Of a stretch of 64,000 nt of DNA, positions 55,822-64,000 are shown piece after piece; within the stretch, counting starts at the first letter, position 1; every line of letters starts with the position of its first letter. Source of the DNA: a virus; the IMG/VR virus record IMGVR_UViG_3300024999_000080, positions 12,878 to 76,877 of that record, one strand, 5' to 3'. Position numbers and translations under genes: made by a program. The notes under the pieces were generated by a model. The model made no database searches and was not told the origin of the DNA. It saw nothing but the letters and a program-made list of their open reading frames with translations.

Positions 55822-55991
55822 AAGAAATTTTGATTTTATAGGGTTATGCCCAAAATGACCACAAACTCAAATTTTAATAAAAATCATTAAAATAGTCCTG
55901 TAACTGTTGCTACATAAGGGTTTGCGGTCATTAAATAGGTGTAAATGATTATTCTATATATTGCATCCAATAAAAATGAGATTTTATGTTG
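55822..55991. repeat. Non-coding unit bounded by two boundary motifs, with an internal imperfect inverted repeat
   Basis: Cores at 55822 and 55970; aatgaccacaaac / gtttgcggtcatt. Confidence 0.55.
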
Positions 55992-56047
55992 TTTTAGGAT
56001 TGGTTTGGAAGTTTGGAAATGAATTATGAATTAAGAAATAAATATAT

Positions 56048-56077
56048 TTGACATGGGTATGGGTGGTATGGTATACT
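56048..56077 (+). promoter_or_regulatory. Promoter of the replication operon
   Basis: TTGACA-18-TATACT with extended TG. Confidence 0.8.
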
Positions 56078-56127
56078 TAGTAAGAGGTTAGAGAACAATA
56101 ATTGATTAAGAAGAAAGGATTGATTGG

Positions 56128-56199
56128 TTGAAAACAAAAGGTAAGCGAAGAATTCCAATAAAAATTTGTAAACCACCACCTTCTTTCAATATATTTTAA
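56128..56199 (+). CDS. Putative 23-aa leader peptide MKTKGKRRIPIKICKPPPSFNIF
   Basis: GAAAGGA RBS and TTG start, between the promoter and the first replication gene. Confidence 0.4.
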   Translation: MKTKGKRRIPIKICKPPPSFNIF

Positions 56200-56234
56200 T
56201 AGATCATGTGCATTAAATAATAAAATAAATATAA

Positions 56235-57245
56235 TTGAAAGAAGGAATACATATAATGGAAAACAATGAAAACAATACTGAACTACGACAAGCAATTAAC
56301 GATATCACTTTAGTCGGAGAAGTTAAGGAACATAAACTCAATTTAAATAAAAACAAAGAAGGGAATTATATTAATGGATCTTTAGTTGTCAATACTGGTG
56401 ATTTTTCAGAAATTGAAATTAAGGTTTTTGTATCAGAAAAAAATAAAAAAGGTAAAGTTAAGAAATCATTTGAGACATTGCAAAAATTAATTAATGAAGA
56501 TTATCTAACTCTAGCATCATGTAAAAATGATGAAGATCGTGAAAATGTAGCAAAGGTAAGAATACAAGGACAAAAAGAATTTACTCCTCGCTTTAATGAA
56601 GATATTTTTAAGATTAAAGAAACAGAGGAGGTAAAAACAAAGGTAAATATTGACTTAGGTTTTGGCAATATCACAGTAGATTCTTCAATAAAACCAGAGG
56701 ATTATAAAGCAAAATTTGATGTTGAAATGTTCGTAACTTCTGTTAAGGAAGAAACAAAACAAGACGAACCTACTGGCAGAGCTATTGTAAGTGGATGGAC
56801 ACCTATTTATGGTGGAAAAGTTATTCCTATGGAGGTTGTTGTAGGAATTATCTTAAATGATGATGGCGAAGAATTTGATTTTGGAGAAGACATTCTTGCT
56901 CAAGTTGAAGAAGGAATGACACTCAATGTATGGGGAGACATTAATTATAAGTCCATTATCACTAAAACAACAAAAGGAGGAGGTTTAGGCAGAGCAAAAG
57001 TAGAAGAGCATAAAGAATATATCAACGAATTAGTAGTCGTTGGGGCAGATATCCAAGAGGATGAAGATAAAGAATTCGATATGGAATTGATTAAACAGGC
57101 AAAAATCGAGCGTGATGTCGCAATTGAAGAAAAAAAGAATGAGGAAATTGTAGACAATAAAAAAGGCAAAGGTATGGGCAGTAAAGGATCAAATACTGGT
57201 GCAAGTGGAGAAAAGACCACTAAAAGGGAACGCCCTAAGTTTTGA
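56235..57245 (+). CDS. Phage ssDNA-binding-like (OB-fold) replication protein
   Basis: NDITLVGEV beta-rich pattern and charged tail ending in F; first gene of the replication operon. Confidence 0.5.
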   Translation: MKEGIHIMENNENNTELRQAINDITLVGEVKEHKLNLNKNKEGNYINGSLVVNTGDFSEIEIKVFVSEKNKKGKVKKSFETLQKLINEDYLTLASCKNDEDRENVAKVRIQGQKEFTPRFNEDIFKIKETEEVKTKVNIDLGFGNITVDSSIKPEDYKAKFDVEMFVTSVKEETKQDEPTGRAIVSGWTPIYGGKVIPMEVVVGIILNDDGEEFDFGEDILAQVEEGMTLNVWGDINYKSIITKTTKGGGLGRAKVEEHKEYINELVVVGADIQEDEDKEFDMELIKQAKIERDVAIEEKKNEEIVDNKKGKGMGSKGSNTGASGEKTTKRERPKF

Positions 57246-57323
57246 TCAACAATAGGGGAGAAATCCCCTTCTCTTATTTAATGTATTAATACTAATAAAT
57301 AAAAATATTGGAGGAATTTATTA

Positions 57324-58343
57324 ATGGCAATATCCGATAAGTTACAAGAACTATTACAAAAGAATTTTAAAGGTGACGTTCAAGTTAGCCATGTTTCTGC
57401 TGATTTAAGAGGGAAGGTAATTGTTCTTTATGGTGGGAACAATGTGGGAAAAACTTCTCAATCAGCAAAATTTAAAAATCCAATCTTCTTACCAGTTGAA
57501 AAAGGACTCAATGCAACTAATGGAGCTATCGCATTAAAAACATCTAATTGGAGTGATTTGAAGAAAAATGGTAAAAAATTAGCTGGCAAAGAATTCGTTC
57601 AATTGTTACAAAGTGGTGAACAAATAACCGTAGTAGTAGATGGCATTGAAAGAATAGGAACGTATGTTAAAAATTATCTTTGTGCAAAATATGATGTCGA
57701 TTCGATTGGTAAGGCTAATGGTGGATATGGATGTTGGGAAGAATATGATAATTTAGTTTGGACTTGGGTTGATGGAATAATTAGTTTAGGATATACTATC
57801 GCATTCTTAGGTCATGCAAGATTAGATAAAAAGAAAGACAAATATGTTATTGAAGGCGACGAAAGAAACATTAAACCTATTAGAGATAATGCAGATATAG
57901 TATGTTATTTAGAATCTAATGGAATTGATGATAAAGGAAGGGTTATTCCTTCTTCAGCCTATTTAGCTGAAACAGATGATTATTTTGCCAGAAGTAGATT
58001 TACATATATGGATACATATATTGAAGAATTTTCGGCAGAAAACTTAGAAAAAACTGTTATTGATGGTATTAAAAAACAAAATGATGCAGAAGGTTACACT
58101 GGTGTTAGTTTTGAAGAACAACAAAAAATCTATGGTAAAGTTGAAGAAACATTTGAAAGCGTAGTTGAGGAAATTAAAGAAATGTATGCTAAATTAGATG
58201 AGTTGGATTTAGTAGATGATTATGTTCAAATCGTGGAAGAGCATCTTGGTAAAGATGGAAGAGTAGGAGAAGCAACTGCTAAGCAATTTGAAGCTCTAAT
58301 TTGCATTAGAGATGATATTGAATCTAGATTAGAAGAGGTATAG
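57324..58343 (+). CDS. AAA_24/Sak4-like ATPase
   Basis: YGGNNVGKT, EKG, VVVDG, GYG, GH, ADIV. Confidence 0.8.
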   Translation: MAISDKLQELLQKNFKGDVQVSHVSADLRGKVIVLYGGNNVGKTSQSAKFKNPIFLPVEKGLNATNGAIALKTSNWSDLKKNGKKLAGKEFVQLLQSGEQITVVVDGIERIGTYVKNYLCAKYDVDSIGKANGGYGCWEEYDNLVWTWVDGIISLGYTIAFLGHARLDKKKDKYVIEGDERNIKPIRDNADIVCYLESNGIDDKGRVIPSSAYLAETDDYFARSRFTYMDTYIEEFSAENLEKTVIDGIKKQNDAEGYTGVSFEEQQKIYGKVEETFESVVEEIKEMYAKLDELDLVDDYVQIVEEHLGKDGRVGEATAKQFEALICIRDDIESRLEEV

Positions 58344-58358
58344 GAATAACATAAATAA

Positions 58359-58390
58359 AAATAGGGAGTAGTTTTATCTACTCCCTATTT
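58359..58390 (+). terminator. Hairpin
   Basis: aaatagggagtag / ctactccctattt. Confidence 0.6.
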
Positions 58391-58407
58391 AAAGTAGAGG
58401 TGATTAT

Positions 58408-58944
58408 ATGGCTATAAAGGTTATAAAGGAAAAAACACCTAAAAAGTTAAAATGTATTGTGTGTGAAGAAATGTTTTTAAAAGAAGAAACAATTATTAAA
58501 AGTCAAAAAAGATATTGCAAAGTCTGTTTGGAACTTAAGGGAGAAGAATCTGCTCTGTACAAAAATGATTGGGATTTGCTGTTTGAATACATATGTAAAT
58601 TATATAATATTGATAAGCCTACAGGCATGATGTTCCAACAAATGAAAAATTATAGAACAGACTATGAATATACTAATATTGGCATGTATTATACTTTACA
58701 ATATTATTATAAGATTTTAGAAAATGATGTGTTAGAGGATACTGGACTAGGAATTATACCTTATTTTTATGACAAAGCAAAGAAGCATTATAATAAAATG
58801 TTTAATCTTCAAGATATAGCAGAAGAGTTTAAAGGAGAAGAGAAATCAATTCAAATAAAAACTAAAATTGCTGATAAATTATCAATTGCTAAAACTCCTT
58901 TGCCCTTGAACTTTAACTGGGAGGAGCAAAATGAAGACAACTAA
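58408..58944 (+). CDS. Zinc-finger replication accessory protein (possible helicase loader)
   Basis: CIVC...YCKVC, GM.YTL.YYY, GIIPYFYD; coupled to the helicase gene. Confidence 0.55.
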   Translation: MAIKVIKEKTPKKLKCIVCEEMFLKEETIIKSQKRYCKVCLELKGEESALYKNDWDLLFEYICKLYNIDKPTGMMFQQMKNYRTDYEYTNIGMYYTLQYYYKILENDVLEDTGLGIIPYFYDKAKKHYNKMFNLQDIAEEFKGEEKSIQIKTKIADKLSIAKTPLPLNFNWEEQNEDN

Positions 58945-60514
58945 AAAACAAATTGAAAAATATCATGATAAAAGAACTTCTTGTCAAGTGTTAGGTTGCA
59001 TAATGAAAAATCCTAATTTATTAAAAGATAAAAAATATGCGTTAAACCTTGAAGATTTCCCAAATGGACTGCACCAATTAATTCATACTTGTGTATATAA
59101 TTTATCTCTTCAAGGATTGAATGAAGTAAAGATAGCAGATATAGAAACATACTTAAACACAAACGATCCTAAGTCATATAAAATGATTTTTGAGAATGAA
59201 AAAAATATTGAATGGTTATCAGGGATATATGAGGACGGTAATAATACAAATTATGAATATTATTACAATAAGTTAAGGAAATTATCACTACTAAGAAGTT
59301 ATATGAATGAAGGTACAGATGTATCTGGAATCTTAGATATGGATGAGATAGACCATATAATTATCAAGCAACAACAAGAAAAATTTGAATCTATGACATT
59401 AAGTGAGGTTCAACAATACTTTGATAGGAAAAATTTTAATGTCAAAGAAAAATTTTTAATAAGAGACTCAACAAAAAGAAGAAAAGCTGGAGACAACGCA
59501 GATGAATTAAGAGTAAAAATGAAAGAATCCCCTTGCTATGGATATGGATTAGAAAGCAAATATTTAAATACACTTACTAGAGGTGCATTAAAAGGTGGAT
59601 TTTTCCTTGAAACAAGGGATAGTGGAAAAGGTAAAACGCGCGTTGCGATAGAGAGATTACTTTTAATATGTTGTTCTCATCTATGGGATTTCGATAAAGA
59701 AGAATTTGTTCCAAATCCAAATGGACAAAACAATGTTGGATTATACATAGGAACGGAAATGAAAATTTATGAAGAATTAGAACCTATGATGTGGGCATTC
59801 ATTAGTGGGGTAGAAGAATTCAAGATTAAGAAAAATATTTTAACGAAAGAGGAAGAAATAAGAGTCGATAAAGCTATTGAATACGTTAAAAATGCAAAAC
59901 TTTTTCTAGAAGACGAGCCAAATTATGATTTAGCATATATAAGAAATACAGTAGATAGATATAAAATTAATGAAGGATTAGATGCTTTAGCTATTGATTA
60001 TTTAGAATTAACCATAGCGTTAACCTCTGAATATGTTCAATTAACTAAGGGAATGACTGCGAGAGAAGATCAGGTGTTATTAAGCCTTTCCTCTAATACA
60101 AAAACATTAGCAACCGATTACGATATTGTTATTTTTGGATTCACTCAGACAACAGATGGAGCAAGAGTAGATGGATTTAGAGACCAAAGAGCAGTAAAGG
60201 GTGCTAGATCGCTTCCCAATAAAGCAGATGTAGGCATTACTGTATTTGCACCTACAAAAAAAGAACTTGATTTTATTCAACCTTTAATTCCAAAAGCAAA
60301 GGGATTAAATAAAACTATAACGCCTAATGTATGCTATACAGTATATAAAAATAGATTCGGAGAAATTACAGAAGAAGTGAAAATATGGTGCTATCAAAAC
60401 TTAGGTAATATGAAAACTATTGATTTATTTTGTACAAATAGAGACTATGAGCCAATATCGATTGATAAAACATTAATTGAATTAGAAGATAAAGTCATTG
60501 AAACGAGTGATTAA
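58931..60514 (+). CDS. DnaB-like replicative helicase
   Basis: TLTRG, SGKGKTR, IGTEM, IDYL, TQ, KADVG, YKNRFG. Confidence 0.88.
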   Translation: MKTTKKQIEKYHDKRTSCQVLGCIMKNPNLLKDKKYALNLEDFPNGLHQLIHTCVYNLSLQGLNEVKIADIETYLNTNDPKSYKMIFENEKNIEWLSGIYEDGNNTNYEYYYNKLRKLSLLRSYMNEGTDVSGILDMDEIDHIIIKQQQEKFESMTLSEVQQYFDRKNFNVKEKFLIRDSTKRRKAGDNADELRVKMKESPCYGYGLESKYLNTLTRGALKGGFFLETRDSGKGKTRVAIERLLLICCSHLWDFDKEEFVPNPNGQNNVGLYIGTEMKIYEELEPMMWAFISGVEEFKIKKNILTKEEEIRVDKAIEYVKNAKLFLEDEPNYDLAYIRNTVDRYKINEGLDALAIDYLELTIALTSEYVQLTKGMTAREDQVLLSLSSNTKTLATDYDIVIFGFTQTTDGARVDGFRDQRAVKGARSLPNKADVGITVFAPTKKELDFIQPLIPKAKGLNKTITPNVCYTVYKNRFGEITEEVKIWCYQNLGNMKTIDLFCTNRDYEPISIDKTLIELEDKVIETSD

Positions 60515-60516
60515 TA

Positions 60517-61659
60517 GTGGACAGAGACGAGTTAATGGAGTTGGTGACAACAGAAGATGTTGTTGAAATTTTAAAGGACTTAGGTTCTGGAAGTCCAAGA
60601 AAAGATAAAAACAATGACAACGCATTACTTTTTTCAACCGTGTGTCATGGAGGAAAAAGTCATAAACTTTATTATTATATAGATAGTAAGTTCTTCAAGT
60701 GTTATACTTCATGTGGTTCAATGAGTCTTTTTGATTTAATTATGTCTACCAAAAATATTATTTTTCAAGAGGCATTTGCTTATCTTTGTAAATTTAAAAA
60801 TGTAACCAATTTTAATAAAAAGAAAAAAGGTTTACAAAAGAGAGAGGTTGAAAATAAGGATTTAGATTTTTTAAAGCTTCATCTTCACAAAAAAGAAAAA
60901 CAATTAGTAAAATTACCTTCGTACAATAAATATATATTAAATATGTTTGATGATTATTTGCCTATATCATGGCATGATGAAGGAATTACAGATGAAATTG
61001 CCGATATATTCCAAATAAAATTTTATATGAATCAATTCAAGTGTATAATTCCCCATCTTGATATTAATGGCAACTTAGTAGGTATAAGGGCAAGGAATTT
61101 CTTACAATATCAAGTGAGTTCAGGAAAGAAGTATATACCTGTGACTATTGAAAATCTCACTTATAGATATCCTATAGCCTTTAATTTTTATGGCATATGC
61201 CAAAATCAAGAAAACATTAGAAAAATAAAGAAAGCAATTTTACTTGAGTCTGAAAAAGCGGTTATGCTTTACGGAAGTTATTTTGGTCAAGAAAACAACA
61301 TAAGTCTTGCCCTATGTGGAATGTCATTTTCATTATATCAAAGGGATTTATTGCTTTCATTGGAAGTAGAAGAAGTAGCAATTTGTCTTGACAAACAATA
61401 TCAAATAGAATCAATTGATGATGAGAATATAGACAAAAACTCTAAAGCGTGGAAAGAGTATGAGAATTATATAAAAGGACTAATCAAAATATCTGAAATG
61501 CTTATGCCATATTGCAATGTTTCCATAATAGTGTGTTGGGATGAACGTATTGGCTACAAAGATTCGCCGATAGACTTTGGAAAAGAAACATTTGAAGAAT
61601 TATATAGAGAACGGCATTACATAGATGATTTAGAAGAACTGAGAGAAATGATAAAATAA
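60517..61659 (+). CDS. DNA primase (zinc finger + TOPRIM)
   Basis: VCHG...KLYYY...CYTSCG, IIPH...GIRAR, ESEKAV, CLD, KDSPID. Confidence 0.85.
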   Translation: MDRDELMELVTTEDVVEILKDLGSGSPRKDKNNDNALLFSTVCHGGKSHKLYYYIDSKFFKCYTSCGSMSLFDLIMSTKNIIFQEAFAYLCKFKNVTNFNKKKKGLQKREVENKDLDFLKLHLHKKEKQLVKLPSYNKYILNMFDDYLPISWHDEGITDEIADIFQIKFYMNQFKCIIPHLDINGNLVGIRARNFLQYQVSSGKKYIPVTIENLTYRYPIAFNFYGICQNQENIRKIKKAILLESEKAVMLYGSYFGQENNISLALCGMSFSLYQRDLLLSLEVEEVAICLDKQYQIESIDDENIDKNSKAWKEYENYIKGLIKISEMLMPYCNVSIIVCWDERIGYKDSPIDFGKETFEELYRERHYIDDLEELREMIK

Positions 61660-61674
61660 AAGGGAGATGTTAAT

Positions 61675-62127
61675 ATCAAATATAGAGTGTTGAATAAAAA
61701 CTATGACTTAATTAGTGAGAACGAGTTATTGGATATTTTATTGAAAAATAGAGGCGTGGAAAATCCAAAAGGGATGTTAAATATTAATAGCTCTGTGGTA
61801 CATGATGGAATGCTCCTCAAAAATATGGAAAGAGGATTAAATATGCTTCATTGGCATATTGAGAATAATAGCAAAATACATATCATAGATGATGTAGATG
61901 TTGATGGATTAACGTCTGCTACAGTTATAGATGGTTACATATTAAATATTAATCCTAACATCATTATCACACACTCAATGAATGCAAATAAGATACATGG
62001 AATTGTGATAGCGAATCTTGAAGAATATGATTTTAATTTGTTAATCGTCCCTGACGCTGGATCATCAGATGCTAGACAATGCAAAGAGTTAGTAGAAACT
62101 AGAGATGTAGACATATTAATTTTGGAT
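61675..62127 (+). CDS. recJ: RecJ-like DHH exonuclease, exon 1 (possible ATC start at 61675; GTG at 61687)
   Basis: L.NRG, DVDVDGLTS, HG, PDAGS, ILILD. Confidence 0.88.
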
Positions 62128-63160
62128 TAAATGATAGTCCCCTTATATTAGTGATAATGTGAGGAAAACTCTGAATTTGCTGGAACACCTTAAAGCTATG
62201 TTGGCTACAATATTAATTGAAAAGTTAATATAATATGCGGTTGAAAAACAGAAAGAACAACATAGATGACTCATGCTGAAATAAAAGCTATAAAGTTTTA
62301 AATAATTTTATGGTGCTAAAAGTCATAAACAATAGGAAATCAGCAGACACAACCCTAAGTTAGAAATAATATGGGAAGGTCTCAACGACTACCAACAGAG
62401 CAACCGAGATAATATCAACGTTGATGGTATAGTCTACTCCCTTAGTCGTGTTTGGGAAATGGACGGTTTGTATGTATAAAGCTAATTTTGATTTTTTTAA
62501 TGAGATCAATACAGAAGAAAAGGCATATTGGTTAGGATTTATTTTAGCAGATGGATATATAAATAGCAGAGATAATACAGTGGGGATAGAATTAAAATCA
62601 ACGGATATAGATCATTTATTAAAATTTAAAAAAGATATCGAAGCTGAACATCCTGTGAAAATATTCCATAAGAATTCTACTTTTGGAGAACAGGACAATT
62701 GTAGAATAGTCATTACTAATAAATCAATAAAATCTGATTTATTGAATCTTGGACTTACAACTACAAAGAGCAAAGATGGTATTCTTCCAAACATTTATGG
62801 TAATTATACCAATCACATGATAAGAGGTTATTTTGATGGAAACGGATGCATATCGACAGAATATAGAAAAGAATATCAATATATCCAATTATCTTTTTGT
62901 GGAACAAAAGAAATAACTAACAAAATAGAAGAAATAAGTGGTTTCGAATGGTGTCATTATGATAGATTTCCAAATAGAAATAATAATAATGATGCGATTT
63001 TGACTGGAAAACAGAAAGAGTCTAAAAATTTTCTAAACTGGATGTATAATGGGTCTCATATTTACTTAGACAGAAAATATGAGAAATATAAAAATGTTTG
63101 GTAATAAATAATACATACAAACACGACTAATTAAATATCGGGAAACCGAGGGTATTAAGG
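62128..63160 (+). ncRNA. Group I self-splicing intron
   Basis: 5' splice after U, with P1 GGAU/GUCC forming the U-G wobble; P10 AUGAU/AUCAU; core AAUCAGCAG, UCAACGACUA, GUAUAGUCU; terminal G; splicing restores ILD|HHEIE. Confidence 0.92.
62472..63104 (+). CDS. Intron-encoded two-motif LAGLIDADG homing endonuclease
   Basis: KAYWLGFILADG and MIRGYFDGNG; flanked by the paired segments ttagtcgtgttt / aaacacgactaa. Confidence 0.9.
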   Translation: MYKANFDFFNEINTEEKAYWLGFILADGYINSRDNTVGIELKSTDIDHLLKFKKDIEAEHPVKIFHKNSTFGEQDNCRIVITNKSIKSDLLNLGLTTTKSKDGILPNIYGNYTNHMIRGYFDGNGCISTEYRKEYQYIQLSFCGTKEITNKIEEISGFEWCHYDRFPNRNNNNDAILTGKQKESKNFLNWMYNGSHIYLDRKYEKYKNVW

Positions 63161-64000
63161 CATCATGAGATTGAGGAAACTAACCAACACGCTGTAGTTA
63201 TTAATTGTCAAGACGGACAATACCCCAATACTACATTATCAGGCGCAGGAGTGGCTTATAAATTCATTAAAGAGTATGATAAAAAATTTGGATTTAATTT
63301 TGCTGAAAACAATTTAGATTTAGTGGCAATAGGGATTATTGCAGATTCTATGGATTTAAGGAATTATGAAACAAGATACCTAGCTATAGAAGGTTTAAAA
63401 ACAATAAATAATGAATTTATGAAGCAATTTTTAATAAAAAACAAAATAGAAGATGATAAAAGTGTTGATTTTAAATTTATCGGATGGAAGATTGCACCTT
63501 TTGTTAATGCAGTTACAAGAATAGGCAATGCTGAAGAAAGAAAAGATTTAATAAATGCATTCTTAGGCAAAGAGGAGAAAAAAGAATACCAACCAAGAAG
63601 AAAATGTAAGACAGATCCTAAACCAGAAATTATAATACAAACATTGCAAGAGTGTATGATTCGAGAAACCACTAATATTAAAGCAAGACAGGATAAGTTA
63701 GTTAAAAAGTCAATGGAAGATATAGCAGAGATAATTGAGACACAAAAATTAAATAATAATAAGGTAATTATTGTAAATGCTACAAATATATTAGAAAAGT
63801 CTTTTTCAGGATTGGTTGCTAATAAATTAGCAAGCATTTATAAACGCCCAATAATTATTTTGAAACAAATGAAGAAAGATGAATTAAAAAATGAGGAAGA
63901 AGAAACAGTATTCGGAGGAAGTTTTAGAAGTTATGATTTATTCCCTGTAGTATCTTTCATGGATGTCTTAAGAGAAGTCGATACTTTTATCAAGTTAGGA
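63161..64000 (+). CDS. recJ: RecJ-like exonuclease, exon 2 (runs off the window)
   Basis: HHEIE...VVINCQ...YPNTTLSGAGVAYKF...DLVAIGIIADSM...IAPFVNAVTRIG...GLVANKLA...FGGSFR. Confidence 0.9.

Larger units (their letters stand above)
1..64000 (+). mobile_element. Segment of a large SPbeta-like phage/prophage of a Bacillota (Clostridia-like) host: accessory/early region plus replication module
   Basis: Unidirectional dense small ORFs with AGGAG RBSs and sigmaA promoters; YopX, BRO/Ant, HNH and LAGLIDADG genes; gene order AAA ATPase-DnaB-primase-RecJ as recalled for the SPbeta yor block; no host housekeeping operons. Confidence 0.88.

Noticed and set aside
670-55991. CRISPR array or classical integron attC sites as the explanation for the boundary motif
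   Set aside because: There are no identical regularly spaced repeats, no cas genes and no RYYYAAC/GTTRRRY ends; reported instead as a distinct degenerate motif
61687-62130. recJ as a truncated pseudogene, or stop-codon reassignment
   Set aside because: The TAA is the start of a group I intron, and other long genes read normally in code 11
2060-63837. Minus-strand ORFs in the track (for example 6555..6920, 23281..23616, 63364..63837)
   Set aside because: They are antisense shadows of well-supported plus-strand genes with no recognisable motifs; 63364..63837 lies opposite recJ exon 2
1-64000. tRNA/rRNA genes and virion structural genes
   Set aside because: None were recognisable by eye; a tRNAscan-SE run would be needed to exclude tRNAs formally

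Overview
AT-rich window with essentially all genes on the + strand. It is best read as the early/accessory and replication arm of a large SPbeta-like (pro)phage of a Bacillota host, probably Clostridia. No virion genes, tRNAs or CRISPR arrays are visible. Recognisable content: UvsE; an NMN-adenylyltransferase plus a nicotinamidase-vWA-PP2C-kinase (TerY-P-like) operon; NAD-dependent LigA; a macrodomain; an MTase + SF2 helicase pair; several homing endonucleases; a truncated RNA ligase; and an SPbeta-like replication block (SSB-like, AAA_24, DnaB, primase, RecJ). RecJ is split exactly at its DHH motif by a group I intron carrying a LAGLIDADG gene. Two candidates for undescribed biology stand out. 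(1) A phage agr-type peptide signalling locus at 16.5-21.8 kb: a 38-aa AgrD missed by the ORF track, AgrB, a kinase-less polytopic receptor candidate, a DUF5317-like protein and two antitoxin-less MazF homologues (one HTH-fused). It lies just upstream of a YopQ/YopR(MrpR)-like repressor block, the position where SPbeta carries its arbitrium system. (2) About 26 copies of a degenerate, oriented ATAAAA-N6-TTTYRW-(G-rich) site at the boundaries of the small accessory genes and not seen in the core modules, suggesting a recombinase-built gene-cassette array. Some cassettes are non-coding, and one carries tandem NrdR-like boxes. All family assignments come from motifs read by eye and recalled knowledge; no searches were run.
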